Below are positions 58,710-64,000 of a stretch of DNA of 64,000 nucleotides, in pieces. Source of the stretch: a virus. Taxonomy: Duplodnaviria; Caudoviricetes. The notes below the pieces were generated by a model. That model saw only the letters and a program-made list of their open reading frames with translations. It made no database searches and was not told the DNA's origin. Where the stretch lies: IMG/VR virus record IMGVR_UViG_3300020331_000002; one strand, given 5' to 3'. Position 1 is the first letter of the stretch. Every line of letters begins with the position of its first letter. A program made the position numbers and the translations under genes.

Positions 58710-59212
58710 TGAAAGAAGGATTTACGTTTAATTCTAAAGGACCGGCTTTAGTTATGATGAGCGAGTACTACACCGGCGACGCCATTTTAGGTGTACCAGG
58801 CGACGGTATTATTTTTACAAGCGGTAGAAACTGGGTACCGCAATATCCGGGAGGCGGCGAATGGGAACCAGGCGGGCAATTTATAACTGTGCTGGACAAC
58901 CCCGGTTCTTATCTTATCTCTGAACAAGTCGATGGCGATACTATAGAGTTCGCAGCAACAGGCGGAGTAAACGTAAAAGTATATGACGGCGCGCGACTGA
59001 TCTTTGACGAAGACGGTCCGTTTGTGATGAACCACGAACGCGTATTTGATTCAGGCTCCGGGCAATACACCAACATAAATGAAGAGTTTTACGAGAACTG
59101 GACCGAGACTGCCAATACTGACTTCCCCTACTCAAGAAGGCTTACTTATAACACTGACCATCAAAGTGATGCAACGAATAAACATTGGCAAGTGGTGATT
59201 ACTCATTTATGA
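58709..59212 (+). CDS. Hypothetical protein (167 aa)
   Basis: TAATG coupling, ATG 58709. Confidence 0.65.
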   Translation: MKEGFTFNSKGPALVMMSEYYTGDAILGVPGDGIIFTSGRNWVPQYPGGGEWEPGGQFITVLDNPGSYLISEQVDGDTIEFAATGGVNVKVYDGARLIFDEDGPFVMNHERVFDSGSGQYTNINEEFYENWTETANTDFPYSRRLTYNTDHQSDATNKHWQVVITHL

Positions 59213-59760
59213 ACACTATAGGAACTAAAACGAAATTGCAATTGGCTTCTGGCGAGTTAATTAATGCGACTGCCCTGCGTGCAGGCGATATGTTACGCAC
59301 TATTAAGATAAAGCACTTGCCTGCTATAGACTCGCCTGAGTTTTTATCATGGCGCACGGACGAACTTGAATTAGAATACACAGAGGCAGAAGTAGTCACG
59401 CTCAAAACAGTGCAAGAAAAAGTTGAGATGATTAACATCAATAACGATGTATGGCTTTCGCCTGTTATGTTGGTGTTGATCAAGCGCGAAGAACAGTGGA
59501 TGTGGTCACTAGCATCTGCCCTAGTGCCAGGAGACATTATTGTAGGTCATGATCGACAAGATATAAATGTCTTATCAGCCCATACTTGCGAAGAAAACTC
59601 TTCCATTAACGTAATGACATCCGTAAATAATAGTGCGATAGTTGGGTGTAATGGCTGTTTTGTGATATTTACACAGGTAGCCGGCGGCAAATTAATGCAG
59701 TTTGGCAACAAAGTATTAGATCAAGACGCTCTTGCAGCAATGGGAATGACTATCGAGTAA
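59209..59760 (+). CDS. Stand-alone degenerate Hint (intein-like) domain protein
   Basis: GTK..LQLASG.....L.AGD.L, V.LIKR...W.W..A..LVPGD.I; ATGA overlap, ATG 59209. Confidence 0.6.
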   Translation: MNTIGTKTKLQLASGELINATALRAGDMLRTIKIKHLPAIDSPEFLSWRTDELELEYTEAEVVTLKTVQEKVEMININNDVWLSPVMLVLIKREEQWMWSLASALVPGDIIVGHDRQDINVLSAHTCEENSSINVMTSVNNSAIVGCNGCFVIFTQVAGGKLMQFGNKVLDQDALAAMGMTIE

Positions 59761-59781
59761 ACTTACAATTTGGAGTTCGTC

Positions 59782-60153
59782 ATGAAATTTATGAAACGAG
59801 TACGTGTAGACAATACTAATACTGATTATGGTTATATGGTATATGGCGGCGGTACAGTAGTGTACTGTGATGACTTGGACGACTTGAACAGAGATCTTTA
59901 CATGCCTGTTCAGAATGTTAGCTCGTATGATGGCAACGTGCCCTTGGTGACAGACTTGCAGAAGTTTGCAAATCTGAATGACTTAGAGGTGGTACCAAAC
60001 TGCGACCCTCATATGGACACATACGAACTCCATGATCGTAACAGAAACATAAAGTTTGTGTTGACTGATTACGATGATGAAAAGATGTTTATGCACCTGA
60101 TGTTGACTGGTAATCCGTCAGTTAAGCTAGAAATGCCTGCAGAAGTGGATTGA
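59782..60153 (+). CDS. Hypothetical protein (123 aa)
   Basis: GGAG SD, ATG 59782. Confidence 0.7.
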   Translation: MKFMKRVRVDNTNTDYGYMVYGGGTVVYCDDLDDLNRDLYMPVQNVSSYDGNVPLVTDLQKFANLNDLEVVPNCDPHMDTYELHDRNRNIKFVLTDYDDEKMFMHLMLTGNPSVKLEMPAEVD

Positions 60154-60178
60154 CAGCCTTTTTAAAATAATGTATAAT
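60150..60178 (+). promoter_or_regulatory. Consensus sigma70 promoter
   Basis: TTGACA-N17-TATAAT. Confidence 0.85.
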
Positions 60179-60207
60179 GGGGCCTAGTTAAGCGGAGAAT
60201 AATAATA

Positions 60208-60846
60208 ATGATAATTGCTTTACTAGGCTTCATCGGTTCAGGCAAAGGAACCGTTGGTGAGTGCCTTGTCGAAGAACACGGCTTCGTCCAAGAAAGTTTT
60301 GCCAAACCCCTAAAAGACGCAGTTTCCATCCTATACAGTTGGCCTAGGCATTTACTGGAAGGCGACACAACTGAATCACGCGAATGGCGCGAACAACCTG
60401 ACTCGTATTGGTCCAGTATAATGGGCCGTGAAATAACCCCTCGTTCTGTTTTACAAAGTTTCGGAACCGACGTCATGCGTGAGCATGTGCATACTGACTT
60501 CTGGGTCAAAAGCATGCAAAAACGTATAGCGGACCTCCCTGAAGGCACAGACGTGGTAATTACCGATTGTAGATTCAGAAATGAAATCAAAGCAATTAGG
60601 GATATGGGCGGCAAAGTTGCACACGTCAATGATGGCAAAAAGCGTGACTGGTTTTATATAGCACACCGCGCAGCTCAAGGAAACCGACAAAGTATTAAAG
60701 AAATGGCTGAGTTAGGTATCCACCGTAGCGAGTGGGATTGGATTAATACTGACCCTGATATTATTATTAATAATGTCTTTGAAGAACGTAACGATCGCAG
60801 CTTACAACTCTTTAAACAAGAAATAACCAGAAAGATATTCAATTAG
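60208..60846 (+). CDS. gp1: Deoxynucleoside monophosphate kinase
   Basis: P-loop GFIGSGKGT, SFAKPLKD.V, TPR.VLQ..GTDV.R, VVITDCRF.NE. Confidence 0.93.
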   Translation: MIIALLGFIGSGKGTVGECLVEEHGFVQESFAKPLKDAVSILYSWPRHLLEGDTTESREWREQPDSYWSSIMGREITPRSVLQSFGTDVMREHVHTDFWVKSMQKRIADLPEGTDVVITDCRFRNEIKAIRDMGGKVAHVNDGKKRDWFYIAHRAAQGNRQSIKEMAELGIHRSEWDWINTDPDIIINNVFEERNDRSLQLFKQEITRKIFN

Positions 60847-60849
60847 GTC

Positions 60850-60878
60850 TTGTAGATGAGTGGTGCCTGCGCTATATT
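60850..60878 (+). promoter_or_regulatory. Probable sigma70-type promoter
   Basis: TTGTAG-N17-TATATT. Confidence 0.5.
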
Positions 60879-60905
60879 ACATATGTTAATGAAGTAAAGG
60901 TAACT

Positions 60906-61526
60906 ATGATGAAAGATTTAATTGTTTATGTCCACGGCTATGGCGGCAGTAAAAATTCAAGCACTGCTGCCAAAATTGCCGAGCACATGCAAGAGATAAG
61001 CAACGGCGAAGTCGAAGTAGTGGCACTTGACTATGAGTACATGAACCCGACCAAAGCGTTGAAAAGCTTGCACGATCAAATAGCCGAAATGGCTGACCAA
61101 TACAGCAACATAATCGTGCTTGGTAACTCTTTAGGTGGTTATTACGCTGACTTATTGGCTAAATTTTATCCTGAGTTAGTTGACATATTATTGTTAATCA
61201 ACCCAAGCTTAAATGCCCCTGAAAACTGTGTAAAGTATATCGGTGAAGTAGTGAACTGGAAAAACAACAAGTACACTATTCGCGGTAATTTCGCACAAGA
61301 GTTGGCTGACATTGCGCACGGTGCTCCTGAGAGTTACGCGCCGGAAATGCCAGCTGTGGTGTTCTTGGGAATGGCAGACACCGTCGTTGACCCCAAACAT
61401 ACAGTCGCAGTTATGAAAGAGCGTGCTGAAATTGTGCGATTCAAAGGTGAAGGTCATGTGCTAAATATTGATAGAAAAGTAGTTGAAAGAATCTACAAAG
61501 AAATCAATATAAGTCAGACAGTATGA
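60906..61526 (+). CDS. Alpha/beta hydrolase, YqiA/YcfP-type esterase
   Basis: YVHGYGGS, nucleophile elbow GNSLGGY, INPSL, D.VVDP, GEGH. Confidence 0.85.
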   Translation: MMKDLIVYVHGYGGSKNSSTAAKIAEHMQEISNGEVEVVALDYEYMNPTKALKSLHDQIAEMADQYSNIIVLGNSLGGYYADLLAKFYPELVDILLLINPSLNAPENCVKYIGEVVNWKNNKYTIRGNFAQELADIAHGAPESYAPEMPAVVFLGMADTVVDPKHTVAVMKERAEIVRFKGEGHVLNIDRKVVERIYKEINISQTV

Positions 61527-62083
61527 AAATAAACCAAATAATTACCGAAACAACCGATAACCTTTTCAATACAGCGGACGACTTGCCGTCTCGTAAGGCC
61601 ATTGCTAATTACGTTTATGATATGCTCCAAAAAAGTTACCAGCGTATCGGCGGACTGAAAGGGAGCGGTTTCGCCAGCCCTGAAGATATGGTGAACAAAA
61701 TTCCTTTTTGGAAAGTGTTCCGTCGCGGCAGTGATATCAAAGCTGTAATGATGTACAAGGACAAAAACGGTCGTAAACGCGTTGCTACTGGCTCGGACGG
61801 TTCAGACGATGCTAAGGCATGGATAGCTGACCAGTTTTTGCAAGACGCTAATGGCCGCTCCTTCGCTGAAATTAGTGGGCCTAGCTTAGGCTTCCATAAG
61901 AAAACGCTAGGTGATACACTCGATGACATAAGCTTCACACATGATCAGGTTCGTGCGGCGCTACCCGGCGCCGAGATTCGTCCTGTTCCTGGCAGCAAGT
62001 ACGAGTACCAACGTTCAATTAACGGTGAATGGATAACAAAGCGTATGGTAGGCAAGCCCGGTAATAAGCTGTTCCACAAGTAA
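61523..62083 (+). CDS. Hypothetical protein (186 aa)
   Basis: ATGA coupling; N-term MKINQIITE; LQKSY..IGG.KGSGF. Confidence 0.7.
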   Translation: MKINQIITETTDNLFNTADDLPSRKAIANYVYDMLQKSYQRIGGLKGSGFASPEDMVNKIPFWKVFRRGSDIKAVMMYKDKNGRKRVATGSDGSDDAKAWIADQFLQDANGRSFAEISGPSLGFHKKTLGDTLDDISFTHDQVRAALPGAEIRPVPGSKYEYQRSINGEWITKRMVGKPGNKLFHK

Positions 62084-62116
62084 AACAGATTATTTAGTCC
62101 AAAACTCCCAAAAAAG

Positions 62117-62144
62117 AAAAAAGCCCGTTTTAAGACGGGCTTTT
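62117..62144 (+). terminator. Intrinsic terminator
   Basis: AAAAGCCCGT-TTTAAG-ACGGGCTTTT. Confidence 0.85.
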
Positions 62145-62157
62145 GTTTGCCTGGTAG

Positions 62158-62164
62158 CTAAATA
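62158..62164 (+). promoter_or_regulatory. Late promoter motif CTAAATA
   Basis: Same heptamer precedes most structural operons in the window. Confidence 0.7.
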
Positions 62165-62202
62165 CCGGAGTAAAAACAAAACCTAATAGGGAGTAATGAA
62201 TA

Positions 62203-64000
62203 ATGAGTTTGGTTTCACCAGGCGTACAAGTAGACATTATTGATGAATCGGTTGGTTCAGGCGCAAGCAACGGCACCGTGCCTTTAATTGTGTTGGCTAC
62301 CGAAAAAGATAAGCTAACACCGGCTGGCAGTGAAATCGCCGAAGGTACTACTGACGCATATGCAGGTAAACTGCAATTGTTTACATCACAGCGCGAAATT
62401 CTACAAGCAATGGGCAACCCTAAGTTTCATAAACTTGGCGGCACTTCGTTACATGGATACGAGTTAAACGAATACGGCTTACTAGCCGCTCACTCATACC
62501 TTGGTTCTAACAACCGTGTTTATGTTGTGCGTGCGCCAATTGATTTGGCTGAGCTACAACCGCTTGACGAAGCACCTACAGGTGCACCGCAAGCAGGTAC
62601 TCACTGGCTTAATCTAAACGGATCTCGTATCGGTATTAGCATTTATGACGGTAATACTGGTTCTTGGGTTCCGCAAGAAGTTGAGTTTATCGCCGATGCA
62701 AGTTCGCTTGACGCAAATGGCGTTCCGCTTTCATCTATCGAAGGTGATATCGGCCAATACGTTTGTGTTGCTGGCGTAGTAGCCGGCGCAGCCTCAGGCC
62801 GTGAAGAGAACCGTATTTTCCGTAGAACTGCTTCTGGCTGGGAATTACTGGACACTTCTGCAATAAGCGAAAAGCTAATTTTCCGTAGCCATACTAAGCC
62901 TCCGTTTGTTGATGAAATGGCTTCAATGACAGTTTCGGCACAAGGCTCAGGCTACAGTGTCGGTGACCGTATCGGGCTTTCTGAAACTGCTGGTACTGGT
63001 AGATTGTTAATGGTTGACGTAACTGGCGTTGACTCAAGCGGTGCAGTTACCTCGTTTGAAGTTGTGTCTTATGGACGTGACTACTCTGGCACCGGGATTG
63101 TGTCTACCCAAACAAGCGCATTGCAATCTAACGGCAGTCCGTCAGCCGGTACTGGATTTGAGATTACAGGTGATACTCTTGCATCTGGTGATATTTGGAT
63201 TAAGACTAGTGAACCTGACTCTGGCACAAGCTTTGATATGAGTCTTTACGACGGGTCTGTAAGTCAGTGGATTGAACTAAGTGTACCTGTGCACATGTCA
63301 CGTGACGCAGCTACCAAAGCAGGTTCTACTCCGGTAGCGGCTGTATACGACTTTAGAAACGAAGCACCTGGCACTGGTACTCTTGTTGCTGACTTTGCTA
63401 TTATGCGCCACAACGGACAGGGAGAAACAGTAGTTGAAGGCACGGTAACGGCACCTACAATCGGTGCAGGTAGTACATTGACTATTAATGGTTACGATGT
63501 TGTATTAACTGGCACTGACGTGGCGTCTGCCGTAGTAGACATCACTAACGCTAGCATTCCTGATATCAAAGCTAAGCACGAAGGTGGCAAGCTGTATATT
63601 ACGAACAAGAAAGGTTACGACATCAAGTTAGTCAACACAGCCGGTACACCGACTACTGATCTTGGTTTGGAAAACACTTCGTTCTCAGTAACTGGCGGAT
63701 TTGTCCACAGCAACTGGGACTACCTTGACTATGTAGCAAGCGACAACGAAGAACCGTTCCAAAACCCAAGTGACGGTACTCTTTGGTACAGTGAAAACTT
63801 CGGTGCTGACATTCTTGTTAACAATGGCGCAGGCAGCTGGGAAGAATTCCAGGGCACTGTATATATGCAGCCAGCACTGCCGCAAATTGGCATAGTACGC
63901 GGCGACTTATGGATTGATACTGATCAAATTGAAGATTACCCGGTAATGTATCGTTACAATGGTTCATCTTGGGATAAAATCGACCCAACTGATCAGACTA
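62203..64000 (+). CDS. gp18: Tail sheath protein, 5' part (runs off window)
   Basis: Manually translated MSLVSPGVQVDIIDES...LFTSQREI.Q..G.P.F...G.ELNEYGLLAA.SYLG..NRVYVVRA; absent from ORF track because there is no stop in the window. Confidence 0.9.
   Translation, partial: MSLVSPGVQVDIIDESVGSGASNGTVPLIVLATEKDKLTPAGSEIAEGTTDAYAGKLQLFTSQREILQAMGNPKFHKLGGTSLHGYELNEYGLLAAHSYLGSNNRVYVVRAPIDLAELQPLDEAPTGAPQAGTHWLNLNGSRIGISIYDGNTGSWVPQEVEFIADASSLDANGVPLSSIEGDIGQYVCVAGVVAGAASGREENRIFRRTASGWELLDTSAISEKLIFRSHTKPPFVDEMASMTVSAQGSGYSVGDRIGLSETAGTGRLLMVDVTGVDSSGAVTSFEVVSYGRDYSGTGIVSTQTSALQSNGSPSAGTGFEITGDTLASGDIWIKTSEPDSGTSFDMSLYDGSVSQWIELSVPVHMSRDAATKAGSTPVAAVYDFRNEAPGTGTLVADFAIMRHNGQGETVVEGTVTAPTIGAGSTLTINGYDVVLTGTDVASAVVDITNASIPDIKAKHEGGKLYITNKKGYDIKLVNTAGTPTTDLGLENTSFSVTGGFVHSNWDYLDYVASDNEEPFQNPSDGTLWYSENFGADILVNNGAGSWEEFQGTVYMQPALPQIGIVRGDLWIDTDQIEDYPVMYRYNGSSWDKIDPTDQT

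Noticed and set aside
23933-59770. Upstream TTG/GTG starts given by the ORF track (23933, 25959, 29669, 41893, 53153, 54571, 56262, 58679, 59185, 59770)
   Set aside because: Downstream starts have SD sequences, stop-start coupling, or lie after the promoter; coordinates were adjusted accordingly
587-63885. Numerous 60-170-aa ORFs in the track overlapping real genes (e.g. 19122..19637, 33692..34012, 45191..45616, 52528..52905, 62130..62417)
   Set aside because: Antisense or off-frame shadows of long genes with recognisable motifs; Ser/Thr-rich composition typical of reverse frames and no SD
1-64000. Genome-wide TAG reassignment (code 15) suggested by the CUA tRNA
   Set aside because: Genes of 1300-3500 codons are open under the standard code and TAG ends genes at expected boundaries
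1-64000. CRISPR array, integrase, transposase, homing endonuclease, reverse transcriptase, or inteins in core genes
   Set aside because: No regularly spaced repeats or diagnostic motifs seen; portal, capsid, gp46 and gp47 have normal lengths

Overview
The window is a 64-kb slice of a large lytic myovirus of the T4 superfamily with jumbo-phage-like giant baseplate and fibre proteins. It uses the standard genetic code. Left (1-23.8 kb, minus strand): baseplate module with gp54/48-, gp53-, hub-, gp5-, gp25- and gp6-like genes, a 3504-aa baseplate protein and downstream structural paralogs. Middle (24-30.2 kb, plus): gp55-like late sigma factor, gp47/gp46 recombination nuclease, two small genes driven by a duplicated 100-bp promoter cassette, and a Holliday-junction resolvase. 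Next is a ~2-kb gap without a credible long ORF, densely base-paired (large ncRNA candidate) and ending in an ori-like AT-rich segment. Then a gp26/gp51-like pair joined by a putative -1 slippery site, tape measure, portal, prohead core, protease, scaffold and major capsid. After the capsid gene is a compact 71-nt tRNA with a CUA (amber) anticodon, next to a 2OG-Fe(II) oxygenase gene whose SD-supported start is followed by TAG at codon 3. Right: a 2012-aa repeat fibre, NUDIX, gp15/gp14/gp13, UV endonuclease, subtilisin-like protease, a degenerate Hint protein, dNMP kinase, an esterase and the start of the tail sheath gene. Best leads are the large ncRNA, the amber tRNA with its amber-gated gene, and the gp26-gp51 frameshift. 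Functional calls rest on motif recognition and gene order only; no database search or folding program was run.
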